DNA from: an uncultured Gemmatimonadales bacterium
GTDB taxonomy: Bacteria > Gemmatimonadota > Gemmatimonadetes > Longimicrobiales > RSA9
DNA: 64,000 bases
Assembly: GCA_963708135.1 (NCBI GenBank)
Contig: OY970192.1
Location: 4,640,001 to 4,704,000 of the forward strand
Direction: 5' to 3'
The notes below the pieces were generated by a model that had not been told where the DNA came from, made no database searches, and saw nothing but the letters and a program-made list of their open reading frames with translations. Of this stretch, positions 29,706 through 39,413 are shown one piece after another. The position numbers were made by a program, and so were the translations under genes. Each line of letters begins with the position of its first letter. Position 1 is the stretch's first letter.

Positions 29706-31727
29706 TCAAAACCCGGTGCCCGCGCTCAGGCCGAGCGAGATCGAACGGGAGCGGGGCGGGAAGTTGTACACGTCGCGGTACGGCGTGCCCAGCAGGTCCT
29801 CCACGCGCAGCCGCAGGGCGAGGGCGGGGCGTCCCCGCGCGGTGCCGAGCAGCGGACGCTCGGCAGCGAGGTCCACCCGCGTGTAGGCGGGGAGCGTGAC
29901 CCGCCGCGCGGGATAGGTGGAGAAGTCGAGGTCCGCGCGGCGCCCGACGAGGAGCATGGTGGCGGCCAGTCGGCCGCCGCCCGGGAGGCGCCACTCCCCT
30001 GTCAGGCTGCCGGAGCTCGCGGGCCGCCGCAGCAGCGGCTGCCCCTCGGTGAAGGACGGATCGCCGCCGATGCCCTGATCGATGACGGCCGTGGACAGGC
30101 GGGTGAAGCTGCCCGAGACGAGCAGGTCGGGGCGGAGAGTGGCACGGGCGGAGACCTCGAGGCCGTCCGCGCGCGCGGCGCCCAGGTTGTAGTAGTTGGG
30201 CGTGCCGGGATCGCTCGGTGAGGGATCGTACTGGACGAGCCCGTGGAAGCGCTGGCGGAAGAGCGTCGCCTCGAGGTCGAGGCGGCCACCGAGCGCGCGC
30301 TGGCCGATCGCGCCCTCGAGGCTGCGCGAGCGCTCGGGCTCGAGGTCCGGGTTCCCGGTCACGTAGCCGCGCGCGTACGTTTCGTAGAAGGTCGGCTCCT
30401 TGAAGGCGGTGCCGGCGGCGGCGCGCAGGCGGGTCCCCTCCGCGAGCCGCCAGGTGGCGCCGGCCCGCCAGGTGAGGAAGCGGCCGAAGCCCTGGTTGTC
30501 GTCGAGCCGCAGGCCCCCATCGAGCGTGATCCCCCCGCTCCCGCGCGTGAGCAGCTGCGCGTAGCCGGCGCGGTTCCAGCGGCCCACCACCTGGGAGTCC
30601 GCCGACGGTCCGTACTGACTTCCGGAGAGGCTGGAGCTCCGCTCGTGCTCGCGCTCGAGCGCCGCGCCCACGGTGAGGATCGTTCCCGCAGCAGCGCGGA
30701 GGTTCAGGCGCAGGTCGGCGCTCCGGCGGTAGACCTTCGCGTCGCTCGTGTAGGCGAAGTAGCCGAGCGTGTCGGCGGGACCGTCGGGGGGGTCGCGGAA
30801 GTGGTCCGCGGTCTCGTCCGTGCCGAGCAGGAGCCGCGCCTCCGCATCCTCGCCGAAGCGGTGCCCGGCATCCAGCCCGAGCGTGAGGAAGCTGCCGCGG
30901 TCCGCCTGGTTGCGGTCGACCAGGGCCCCGGCGCCGTCCGTCGGGTAGTGGTAGTCGGTGCCGGTCCGGCGCAGCGTGAGCGACGCGTCGGTCGCCGGGT
31001 CGGGCCGGAGCGCCAGCCGGGCGCTCACCACGTTCCGACCGTACGCGCTGTTGAAGGCGTAGGCCTCTCCCGCGTGCAGCCGCGAGCCCTCCACGGAGTA
31101 GGAGGCGACGCTCCCGCCGCCGGACGCGCGCGCGCTCCACTCCGTCGTCGCGTAGCGCCCGGGGGCGGGGGCGCCCGGCACGTCCAGCCGGTCCGCCACC
31201 GCAGTCCGCACCAATGCGGCCACGCGGGGCGGACCCGCGCCCTCGCGGGTGAAGATCTGCACGACCCCGGTCACCGCATCCGAGCCGTACAGGACGCTGG
31301 CGGGCCCGCGCACCACCTCGATCCTCTCGACGTCGTCCGTGGTCAGGTGCGAGAAGTCGTACGCCCCGCCGGGGCCGTTGGCCGGCACGCCGTCCACGAG
31401 CACCTTCACGTAGTCGCTCTCGCCGCCGCGGATGAACAGCGATGAGACCCCGCCCTCGAGCGGCGGCTGCGCGACCGCGACGCCGGGGAGCGTGCGCAAC
31501 GCATCCGCGACCGTGACGATCCCGCGCGCGCGCAGCTCCGCGCCGGTGACGACGCTCACGGCCACGGGGGTGGCCTCGGCCCGCGTCGGGAGTCGCGTCG
31601 CCGTGACGACGAGGCCGGGGAGCGCGAAGGTGTCGGCCGGCTCCTGTGCCGCCGCGCGGCGGGGTGCGGCGGCGGCCGCGGCGAGGGCGGCCAGGACGAG
31701 CGGGGCGGCGGCGAGACGCGAGCTCAT
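29706..31727 (-). CDS. btuB: TonB-dependent receptor, probable cobalamin transporter
   Basis: LVVTATR, VERIEVVRGPASVLYGSDA, GNPDLEPE, terminal F; last gene of B12 riboswitch operon. Confidence 0.85.
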   Translation of the reverse strand: MSSRLAAAPLVLAALAAAAAAPRRAAAQEPADTFALPGLVVTATRLPTRAEATPVAVSVVTGAELRARGIVTVADALRTLPGVAVAQPPLEGGVSSLFIRGGESDYVKVLVDGVPANGPGGAYDFSHLTTDDVERIEVVRGPASVLYGSDAVTGVVQIFTREGAGPPRVAALVRTAVADRLDVPGAPAPGRYATTEWSARASGGGSVASYSVEGSRLHAGEAYAFNSAYGRNVVSARLALRPDPATDASLTLRRTGTDYHYPTDGAGALVDRNQADRGSFLTLGLDAGHRFGEDAEARLLLGTDETADHFRDPPDGPADTLGYFAYTSDAKVYRRSADLRLNLRAAAGTILTVGAALEREHERSSSLSGSQYGPSADSQVVGRWNRAGYAQLLTRGSGGITLDGGLRLDDNQGFGRFLTWRAGATWRLAEGTRLRAAAGTAFKEPTFYETYARGYVTGNPDLEPERSRSLEGAIGQRALGGRLDLEATLFRQRFHGLVQYDPSPSDPGTPNYYNLGAARADGLEVSARATLRPDLLVSGSFTRLSTAVIDQGIGGDPSFTEGQPLLRRPASSGSLTGEWRLPGGGRLAATMLLVGRRADLDFSTYPARRVTLPAYTRVDLAAERPLLGTARGRPALALRLRVEDLLGTPYRDVYNFPPRSRSISLGLSAGTGF

Positions 31728-32632
31728 TCTTCCTGCTCCGGGTGTGGTGTGGTCGAAGAGAGCGGCGAACGGTGGGGCGGCGCCGCGGCGCTTGGGTCTT
31801 CGGCGGCGGGGCCGGCCAGCGGCACGACCTGTGGCGCGCCCGTGTCGCGGCCGGGTCCCGGGTGCGGGACCACGGCCACGGGCCAGCCGTAGACCCGCTC
31901 GATGACCGGCCGCGTCACCACGACCGGCGGCGGCCCTTCGGCGGCGACGCGGCCGCGCTCCAGGAGCAGCAGCCCGTCGGCGTACCGGGCGGCCAGGTTG
32001 AGGTTGTGGGTGACGAGCAGCACGGTGACGCCACTCCGGCGTGCGAGCTCGGAGAGCAGCTCGAGGATGCGCATCTCGTGGCGGATGTCGAGCGCGGTGG
32101 TCGGCTCGTCGAGCACCAGTGCGGCCGGCCGCTGCGCCAGCGCGCGGGCGATCCTCGCCCGCTGCCGCTCGCCCGCGGAGAGGGTGGTCACGGCGCGCTC
32201 GGCGAAGCGGGTGACATCGCATCGGGCCATGGCCTCGTCCACGGCGTGCCGGTCCTCGGCCCGCTCGGGGCGCCAGGCGCCGAGGTGCGGGTAGCGCCCC
32301 ATGGCGACCAGCTCGCGGACCGACACCGGGAAGACGAACTCCTCGCCCTGGTGCACCACGCCGACCTCCGCCGCGAGCGCGCGGCGCGGCCATTCGGCCA
32401 GCGGCCGGGCGCGGTAGCGCACCGCGCCGGCGGAGGGGGCGAGCGCGCCGAGCAGCAGCCGGAGCAGCGTGGACTTGCCGGAGCCGTTCGGCCCCAACAC
32501 GGCGGTGAGCGCGGCGGGAGGGACGCGTAGGGAGACGTCGCCTACGGCATCCGCATCGGCACCGGGGTAGCGGAAGCGGAGCCCGGCCGCCTCGAAGACG
32601 GCGCCGCCGGCGGGCGCGGGTGCGGCGCTCAT
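31724..32632 (-). CDS. ABC transporter ATP-binding subunit (BtuD/FhuC type)
   Basis: GPNGSGKST, LSAGERQR, LVLDEPT, VTHNLNLA. Confidence 0.92.
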   Translation of the reverse strand: MSAAPAPAGGAVFEAAGLRFRYPGADADAVGDVSLRVPPAALTAVLGPNGSGKSTLLRLLLGALAPSAGAVRYRARPLAEWPRRALAAEVGVVHQGEEFVFPVSVRELVAMGRYPHLGAWRPERAEDRHAVDEAMARCDVTRFAERAVTTLSAGERQRARIARALAQRPAALVLDEPTTALDIRHEMRILELLSELARRSGVTVLLVTHNLNLAARYADGLLLLERGRVAAEGPPPVVVTRPVIERVYGWPVAVVPHPGPGRDTGAPQVVPLAGPAAEDPSAAAPPHRSPLSSTTPHPEQEE

Positions 32633-33636
32633 GAGCGGCTGCGGGTGAGGAGCACGACGAAGACCGGGACGCCCACGATCGCGGTGACCACGCCGACCGG
32701 GATCTCGGCGGGCGCGGCAATGGTGCGGGCGAGGGTGTCGGCGAGGAGCAGGAAGGCGGCGCCGGCCAGGAACGAGGCGGGCAGCAGCAGGCGGTGGTCG
32801 CTTCCCCAGACGAGCCGCAGCGCGTGCGGGATGATGAGGCCGACGAAGCCGATGACGCCGGCCACGGCGACGCCCGCCGCCACCATGAGCGAGGCGACGA
32901 GGTACGCGCCGGTCTTCACGCGCTCGACCCGCGTCCCGAGGTAGAGCGCCGTGTCCTCGCCGAGCGCGAGCAGGTTGAGCGGCCGGGCCAGGGCGATGAG
33001 CACGGCCGCGGCAGGGAGCAGGTAGGCGGTGAGCAGCCCGACGGCGGGCCAGGTCGCGGCGGAGAGGCTGCCCATCATCCAGAAGACGGCCGAGCGGAAG
33101 CTCTCGACGTCGGCCAGGGTGAGCAGGAGCAGGATGATGGCGTTGAAGAACGCGCCCACGACCACGCCCGCCAGCAGCAGCACCCGCGTGTCGAGCGCGC
33201 GGCCGACGCCGGCGGCGATGCGGAAAACGAGGAGCACGGCGCCCACCGCGCCCGCGAGCGCGGCGAGTGGAACGCTCCAAGGCGCGCGCACCCCCAGCCC
33301 CAGGACGACGGCGCCCACGGCGCCCACGGCCGCGCCGCCGGAGACGCCCAGGATGTAGGGCTCGGCGAGCGGGTTCCTGAGCAGCGCCTGGAAGACGGCG
33401 CCGCTCAGGGCGAGGCCTCCGCCCACCAGCGACGCCAGTGCGGCGCGCGGCAGCCGGAGCTCGAGCACGATCGTGCGCGCCTCGGCCGTGCCGCCGCCCG
33501 CCAGCGCGGCGAGCACGGCACGGAGCGGCAGGCGCGCGGCCCCGAGCGCGGTCGCGGCGATGAGCGCTGCGCCCAGAATGGCGGCAAGGATCGCGAAGCG
33601 GGCGAGCCCGGCGGGGCCGCGCGCCCTGGCCCTCAT
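32629..33636 (-). CDS. FecCD/BtuC family ABC permease
   Basis: LRLPRA, FQALLRNPLAEPYILGVSGGA, IGFVGLIIPH, EIPVGVVT. Confidence 0.93.
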   Translation of the reverse strand: MRARARGPAGLARFAILAAILGAALIAATALGAARLPLRAVLAALAGGGTAEARTIVLELRLPRAALASLVGGGLALSGAVFQALLRNPLAEPYILGVSGGAAVGAVGAVVLGLGVRAPWSVPLAALAGAVGAVLLVFRIAAGVGRALDTRVLLLAGVVVGAFFNAIILLLLTLADVESFRSAVFWMMGSLSAATWPAVGLLTAYLLPAAAVLIALARPLNLLALGEDTALYLGTRVERVKTGAYLVASLMVAAGVAVAGVIGFVGLIIPHALRLVWGSDHRLLLPASFLAGAAFLLLADTLARTIAAPAEIPVGVVTAIVGVPVFVVLLTRSRS

Positions 33637-34682
33637 GGCGTGCCTCCGGTCCGGGAGGGATGCAGGAGCGCGGCGAGCCGGCGGGCGGCCTCCGCGATAC
33701 GCGGGCCGGGCCGGTTGGACAGGTAGGGATCGAGCCGCATCACGCGGCCGGCGCGCACGGCGCGGAGAGTTCGCCATCCCGGCAGCGCACGCAGGCGGTC
33801 CAGCGGGTGGGCCCCCTCGCCCGCGACGGCGACGAGGATCACGTCCGGGTCCCGGCGGACGACCTCCTCCACGCTGACCTGCGGCCATTGCGCGCCGGCG
33901 TCCTCCAGGATGTTCCGTGCCCCGGCGATGCCGAGCAGCTCGTCCACGAAGGTGCCCGCCCCCGCGGCCATCGGCGGATCGGTGCCGATGAGGTAGAGCA
34001 CGGTGGGCCGGGGGCGGGCGGCCACCGCCGCCCGCACGGAGTCGAGGCCGGCGCGCAGCTGCGCGTCGAGCGCCGCGGCGCGGCCGGGCAGCCCCAGCAG
34101 CGTGCCCATGTCCCGGGTGACGCGGAACGCGTCCTCGATCGACTGGATCCGCGCCGCGTAGACGGCCACCCCCGCATTGGTCAGGTGGGCGACGAGCGAG
34201 CGCGAGCGCTCGTCCGGCCACGCCACCACCAGGTCGGGGTGGCGGGCCACCAGCCACTCCACGCTGGGGGTGAGCCCGCCGCCGACGGAGGGCAGGTGCG
34301 CGAGCGCCGGCTGGAGGTCGTAGTCGGTGCGCGCCACGATGCGATCGCCGGCGCCCAGGGCCAGGAAGATCTCATTGACGGACGGGATGAGCGAGATGAT
34401 GCGGCGGGCGGGGCGGGCGAGCCGGACTGGCCGGCCGGCGGCATCGGAGACGGAGGGAGGCTCGGAGCTCGGGGTTGGGGGCTCGAGGCTCGGGCTCGGA
34501 GCCTCGGCGGCGGGCACGTTTCCGGCCGCGACGGCGCTGCGAGTGGAGCCCGGGGCTGCTTCCGCGTCGCCGTGCGCGGCCCGGGGGCGGGCGGGGCGCT
34601 CCCCACAGCCGAGCGCGCCGGCGGCCAGCACCGCGGCGAGAGCGGGGCCGAGAAGCAGGGCGATTCTGGAGCGTCCGCGCAA
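33633..34682 (-). CDS. cobalamin-binding lipoprotein (BtuF-like); start approximate (TTG)
   Basis: Lipobox ALGC; RIISLIPS, PDLVV, RPGPRI. Confidence 0.85.
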   Translation of the reverse strand: MRGRSRIALLLGPALAAVLAAGALGCGERPARPRAAHGDAEAAPGSTRSAVAAGNVPAAEAPSPSLEPPTPSSEPPSVSDAAGRPVRLARPARRIISLIPSVNEIFLALGAGDRIVARTDYDLQPALAHLPSVGGGLTPSVEWLVARHPDLVVAWPDERSRSLVAHLTNAGVAVYAARIQSIEDAFRVTRDMGTLLGLPGRAAALDAQLRAGLDSVRAAVAARPRPTVLYLIGTDPPMAAGAGTFVDELLGIAGARNILEDAGAQWPQVSVEEVVRRDPDVILVAVAGEGAHPLDRLRALPGWRTLRAVRAGRVMRLDPYLSNRPGPRIAEAARRLAALLHPSRTGGTP

Positions 34683-34796
34683 CGAGGAACCCCGTCCTTC
34701 CTGCGGATGGAAGGGCGGGGCGGAGTGCCGGCCGACGACGGCCGCGCGCGCGTTCCCGGCTCCCCCCATCGAGGAGCGTGTCTCGGGAACGAACGA

Positions 34797-34970
34797 GGCC
34801 GGTCTCCTGGCTCGAGGCGGCGCCGCTCGCCTTCCCGGGACCGGGTCCCAGTGGCACGTAGAGCGGGCCTGCTTCCGGGCGCACGCAGAGCGTGCGCGCC
34901 GGGCCTCTTACAGTGGCGGGGCCGCGCCGGTCTCACACCGGACTTCCGGGAGGCCCCGTTCGTCTATGTG
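34797..34970 (-). promoter_or_regulatory. cobalamin riboswitch
   Basis: Minus strand GGAAGTCCGGTG...CCCCGCCACTGT...GCCACTGGG...GGGAAGG...AGCCAGGAGACCGGCC, upstream of btu operon. Confidence 0.92.
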
Positions 34971-34976
34971 GGTGGA

Positions 34977-35005
34977 AGCCTAGCCGCGGGCGGGGGGCGG
35001 CGCAA
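34977..35005 (-). promoter_or_regulatory. sigma-70-type promoter of riboswitch/btu operon
   Basis: TTGCGC-17-TAGGCT. Confidence 0.6.
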
Positions 35006-35214
35006 GGTTTGCGGGCTCCTCGCTGTCTCACGTGGGTTCCGCCGGCCGGCGGCGGCTCGAAACCCGTGTGCGTGTGCACGTGCGTTCCAATCCTCACCCA
35101 CTCGGAACAGCGAGGAGCCGGTTCGCGGTTCGGGCTCGGACTCGCGACGGTGCCCCTGACCTGCCGGCGAGCCTCCCGCGCCTCCGCGACGGCGCGCGTA
35201 CCCGAAGCCGGGGC

Positions 35215-35616
35215 TCACCCCTCCAGCCGCGCCTCCGGGATCTTCGGCTGGAAGAGCTCGACCGGGTTGCCGGATGGGTCCTCGACGATGATCTGCTTCC
35301 CGCCCACTCCATCGACGATATCGTTGCGGAAGCGGGCTCCGGCGGCGCGCAGGCGGGCGACCTCCGCGTCGAGGTCCTCGACCTCGATGGCGAAGCGGTT
35401 CCAGCCGCCGGGCTGCTGGACGGTGCCGTCCGGCATCGCCTGGCCACCGCCCGCGGAAGGGTTCGGCGCGGACAGCACCAGGCGCAGCGCCCCACGCGAG
35501 AGCATGGCGAACGGCGGCGCGGGGTGCATGACCAGCGCGAAGCCGAGCTGCTCGGTGTAGAACGTGATCGCCGCATCGACGTCGCGGACGATGTAGCGGA
35601 CCTGGATCCTGCTCAT
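35215..35616 (-). CDS. VOC/glyoxalase family protein
   Basis: RYIVRDVDAAITFY, VEDLDA, EDPSGNPVELF; GGAGG SD. Confidence 0.9.
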   Translation of the reverse strand: MSRIQVRYIVRDVDAAITFYTEQLGFALVMHPAPPFAMLSRGALRLVLSAPNPSAGGGQAMPDGTVQQPGGWNRFAIEVEDLDAEVARLRAAGARFRNDIVDGVGGKQIIVEDPSGNPVELFQPKIPEARLEG

Positions 35617-35694
35617 TGAAGCCTCCCGAGGGGGGGTTCCGCGTGCGCCCGCCCTGTGCGCGTGAACGGGCGGCCTGTTCCGTCCTGCCCGGCC

Positions 35695-36180
35695 TTAGGC
35701 GGGTCGGGCCTCGGGCGGCTCGTCGTCGGCGGGCGGCTCATCGAGCTCGTCCCGTGCGGCGGGCGGGACCGGTGGAGCGCCCTCCGCGGTGGCTCCGCCT
35801 GGCGCGAGGCCGCGGACGTCCACCTCCAGGATCGGGTTCTGCTGGCAGCTGTCGCAGTGGAGCCGGTGCGGCAGGGCGAGCCTGGTCGGCTTCTCCTGCC
35901 GGAGCGGTGAGCCGCACTTGGGGCAGGTGGTCTCGAGGGCGACGAGGGTGTAGCGCTCGCGCCAGTAGTGGATGGCGAAGTAGATGCCGCCGAAGAAGCC
36001 GGCGAGCACCCACGGCACGTGCGGCGGCACGAACATGACGACCGGGATCAGCCCCCAGCCGATGGCCAGCGACACGAGCGCGTGGCTGGCGCGCCAGGAG
36101 GTCGGGCGGGCGATGACCTCGACCCGGGCCGGCGTGGGCTTGAAGCCGAAGAGCTGCGTGTGAGCCGGGGGAGAAGGCAT
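35695..36180 (-). CDS. hypothetical membrane protein with zinc ribbon
   Basis: Two hydrophobic helices then CPKC...CDSC. Confidence 0.7.
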   Translation of the reverse strand: MPSPPAHTQLFGFKPTPARVEVIARPTSWRASHALVSLAIGWGLIPVVMFVPPHVPWVLAGFFGGIYFAIHYWRERYTLVALETTCPKCGSPLRQEKPTRLALPHRLHCDSCQQNPILEVDVRGLAPGGATAEGAPPVPPAARDELDEPPADDEPPEARPA

Positions 36181-36223
36181 GGCGGAGGATCGGGGACTCA
36201 GGATTCGGGGACGAGCGCGCCCA

Positions 36224-37360
36224 TCAGTGGCCGGTGTCCGGCGATGGGTGGAGCGGGCGGCCGAGGAGCGGGGGGCGGCCGGGTGGGTGGGCGGCGCCGG
36301 CGGTGTTGGATGCGCCGGCCGGAGCCACGACCCCGGCCGCGCTGTCGGCGGCGGCGCTGTCTGCCGCCGTCATGGGCGAGGCGCCGCCCTCGCAGCGGTC
36401 CAGGAAGACCTGCCGCCAATTGCCGTCTACCTTGCCAATGCCCTCCCACCAGCTGGTCGTGGTGCCGTAGACGTGCATGAGCAGCTCGACCTGGTTGTCG
36501 CGGTTCCAGTCCAGGTAGTCGATCAATTTGGGGGCGGCCTTGCCGCCGCTGGCGTAGTCGTGGAACTGCACGAACGTGGTATCGTAGCCGACCTGGCCGC
36601 GCGGAGTGGCGATGAAGAAGAGAGAGTAGCCGACGTCGTCGTAGCCGGGACCGAGGGTGTCGTCCACCAGGAAGGTGGCGCTGAAGGCGGGGTCGGCGGC
36701 GCCGGAGACCGGGAAGGGCTGGAGCTGCTGCATGGCGCGCTGCCAGTTGCCGGGCAGCTGGGCGTGGCGGGCGCGCAGCAGCCGCTCGGCCAGGATCGGG
36801 CCGATCACCTGCATGCCGCGGGTGACCTCGATCGGGCCGCCGATCCGGCTGCTCGGCGCCTGCGTCTTGGCCATCGCGAGGAACTCGGGGAGCTGCTCCG
36901 CGCCCGGCGCGAGCTCGAGTCCGCCTTCGGCGATGGGGACGCGCGGACAGACCGATGCCGGCGGGACGGACGCGGACTGCACGAGGAACGTGCCCACGCG
37001 TTGTCCCTGGTGGAAGAGGGCGAACTCGTTGCCGCGGCGGAGGAAGCGGGCAATGTAGCGGGTGTCGAAGGCCTCCCAGTCCTGGCGGGCCCTTACCGGG
37101 ATCAGCGAGTCGCCGGCCACCTCGCCCAGCGGGATCATGGTGCCGCCCGTGCCGGAGGGCGCGACGTAGTAGAGGACCGGGCCCTGCGGCAGCGACTCCG
37201 CCGGGCCGCCCTCGGCGCTCGCGGCCGCCGGCGCCGTCGCCTTCGGCGGAGGGGGCACGATGGCCACGCTGGCACCGCCCCATTGCACGTTGTCGCAGCC
37301 TCCGGCAACCGTTAGAATCAGGGCCGCCGTCAGCCACGCAGCAACGCGCGGCTTCCTCAT
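36224..37360 (-). CDS. hypothetical lipoprotein
   Basis: Lipobox AGGC; DWNRDNQVE Ca-loop-like motif; TTGCGC-17-TAACTT promoter at 37498-37526. Confidence 0.7.
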   Translation of the reverse strand: MRKPRVAAWLTAALILTVAGGCDNVQWGGASVAIVPPPPKATAPAAASAEGGPAESLPQGPVLYYVAPSGTGGTMIPLGEVAGDSLIPVRARQDWEAFDTRYIARFLRRGNEFALFHQGQRVGTFLVQSASVPPASVCPRVPIAEGGLELAPGAEQLPEFLAMAKTQAPSSRIGGPIEVTRGMQVIGPILAERLLRARHAQLPGNWQRAMQQLQPFPVSGAADPAFSATFLVDDTLGPGYDDVGYSLFFIATPRGQVGYDTTFVQFHDYASGGKAAPKLIDYLDWNRDNQVELLMHVYGTTTSWWEGIGKVDGNWRQVFLDRCEGGASPMTAADSAAADSAAGVVAPAGASNTAGAAHPPGRPPLLGRPLHPSPDTGH

Positions 37361-37617
37361 GGAACCGCTTCGATCAGGACGACGTCGCCGCCTGCCGTGT
37401 GCCGCCCGAGAAGCCGCACGCTCGTTTCTCCCGGTTCGTTGTGCTCCGATGGGGGCCGTCCACCCGGTGTCTGCACGGCCCGGGAAACGGGGACCGCAAG
37501 TTAGGAACCCCCCTTGCGCGGCGCAACGCGGGGCAGAGCGTGATCTCGGGGGAGCGAATGGATCTGGATTCGGGCGGACGGGGGCTGGGGCGAGAGCGCG
37601 GACCGGGCTGGGAGATC

Positions 37618-38097
37618 ATGGCGGTAGAACCGGCGGAGTTCCGCAGGATCCTGGGACACTGGACCACGGGGGTCTCGATCGTGGCGACGATGCGCGCCGA
37701 CGGCGTGCCGTGCGGCCTCACGGCGAACGCGGTGGCCTCCGCGTCGCTCACGCCGCCGCTGGTTCTGGCCTGCATCGAGAGCGTCGCCGACACACACGAC
37801 TTCATCCGCGAGAGCGGCTGCTTCTCGGTCAACGTGCTGAACGCCGGGCAGGAGCGGCTGGCGCGCCGCTTCGCCACGTGGGAGGCCTCCGGCAAGTTCG
37901 CGGGCGTGGCCTACCGGACCGAGGCGACGGGCGCGCCGGTGCTCGAGGACGCGCTCGCCTGGGTGGACTGCCGGCTGACGGCCGAGCACGTCGCGGGAGA
38001 CCACACGATCTACGTCGGCGAGGTGGTGGCGGGAGACGCCGTCGAGGGGACGCCGCTCGTCTACTACCGCGGCGGCTACGGCCGCTTCCTGCCGTGA
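37618..38097 (+). CDS. flavin reductase family protein
   Basis: FRRILGHWTTGVSIV, SLTPPLVL, AGDHTIYVGEV, PLVYYRGGY. Confidence 0.92.
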   Translation: MAVEPAEFRRILGHWTTGVSIVATMRADGVPCGLTANAVASASLTPPLVLACIESVADTHDFIRESGCFSVNVLNAGQERLARRFATWEASGKFAGVAYRTEATGAPVLEDALAWVDCRLTAEHVAGDHTIYVGEVVAGDAVEGTPLVYYRGGYGRFLP

Positions 38098-39413
38098 TCG
38101 ATCCGGCGCGCCACGCGGCGGCGCGCGCCGTGGGCGCCCTCGTGGCCGGCGTCGCGCTGGGTGTGGCGGTCACGGCGGGCGGGGCGCTGCTGCTCTATAC
38201 CGGGATCGGCGTGCTGCCGTCCACCGGCTTCCTGCTTGCCCTGGCCCTCGGCGCGCTGGCCGCCGGCGTCTGGATCGGGCCGCCGGCCGCGCGGGACGGC
38301 GCCCCGTCCAGCCGCGGCCGGTGGAACCTCGCGGTCCTCCTCTTCGGCATCGCGGGCATCTACGCCGAGGCCTGGGCGGAGTCCGAGCCACTGCGCCGGA
38401 GTGACCTCGGCCGCGCCGTCGCGGCGCTGCTGCTGGTGGCCGCGCCCGCCTACGCGGCGGGCGCGCTGCTCATCGCGCTCGCCGGCCGGGAGCGTGCCGC
38501 GCGCGGGCCGGCGGGCTCCGGGCGCAGCGCGCTGCTCGCGCTCGCGGGCGCGGCGGCCGGCGCGCTCCTGTCCACGCTGGTCCTGATCCCGCGGCTCGCG
38601 CCCGCGGCGGTGTTCCTGGGCAGCGCGGCCGCGCTGGCGCTCACGGGAGTGTACGAGAGCGTGCTCGGCGCGAGCGGGCGCGCGGGAGGAGGAGCCATGC
38701 AGGACAGCGTCGCGCTGGTGACGGGGGTGGGCGGCGAGGGCCAGGTGGGCTGGGCGGTCGCGCGTGCGCTCGCCGCCGCGGGCGCGCGGGTCGTCGCCGT
38801 GGCCTTCCACGCGGACACGGATGCGCTGGCCCGCGCCATCGCGGACGCCGCGGGGGCCGGCGAGGTGGTCGGGGCAAACATCGACCTGACGGACGCGGCT
38901 GCCGTGGACGCGCTCATGGACGGGATCCGGGACCGGTTCGGCCGGTTGGATGCGGTGGTCAACGTCGCCGGCGGGCTGTCCGTGATGAAGCCCGTCGAGG
39001 CGACGACGCCCGAGGAGTGGGACCGGGAGCTGGCCCGCAACGCGCGCACCGCGTTCCTCGTCTCGCGCGCCGCGTTGCCGCTGCTGCGCGAGTCGCGCGG
39101 CGCCATCGTGAGCTTCGCCTCGCCCGCGGGGGAGCGGGCCGGCGCGTCGCTCTCCGCGTACAGCGCGGGCAAGGCGGCCGTGCTCGCGCTGACGCGCTCG
39201 CTCGCGCTGGAGGAGCGGGGGCGGGTGCGCGTCAACGCGGTGGCGCCGGGGACGATCGACACGGAGCAGAACCGGCGCTCCATGCCGGACGCCGACCGCA
39301 CGAAGTGGGTGGGGCGTGACCAGGTGGTGGACGCGGTGCTGTTCCTGCTGGGACCCGCGGCGGCGGGGATCACGGGGGAGACGCTCCACGTCGTGGGAGG
39401 CGGCATCGCGTGA
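38094..39413 (+). CDS. membrane domain fused in frame to short-chain dehydrogenase/reductase
   Basis: About 6 TM helices, then VTGVGGEGQVG, VVNVAG, YSAGK, VNAVAPG; internal GGAGGAG-ATG at 38697. Confidence 0.8.
   Translation: MIDPARHAAARAVGALVAGVALGVAVTAGGALLLYTGIGVLPSTGFLLALALGALAAGVWIGPPAARDGAPSSRGRWNLAVLLFGIAGIYAEAWAESEPLRRSDLGRAVAALLLVAAPAYAAGALLIALAGRERAARGPAGSGRSALLALAGAAAGALLSTLVLIPRLAPAAVFLGSAAALALTGVYESVLGASGRAGGGAMQDSVALVTGVGGEGQVGWAVARALAAAGARVVAVAFHADTDALARAIADAAGAGEVVGANIDLTDAAAVDALMDGIRDRFGRLDAVVNVAGGLSVMKPVEATTPEEWDRELARNARTAFLVSRAALPLLRESRGAIVSFASPAGERAGASLSAYSAGKAAVLALTRSLALEERGRVRVNAVAPGTIDTEQNRRSMPDADRTKWVGRDQVVDAVLFLLGPAAAGITGETLHVVGGGIA

Noticed and set aside
34455..34507. 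Degenerate GGCTC repeats
   Set aside because: They encode the Pro/Ser linker of the BtuF-like lipoprotein
35062..35145. Short degenerate hexamer runs (CGTGTG, TCGG) between btu promoter and VOC gene
   Set aside because: Too short and degenerate to separate from chance
37503..37518. AGGAACCCCCCTTGCG as sigma-54 site for the herA operon
   Set aside because: Spacing fits but the -24 element is poor, and it overlaps a better sigma-70 promoter on the other strand
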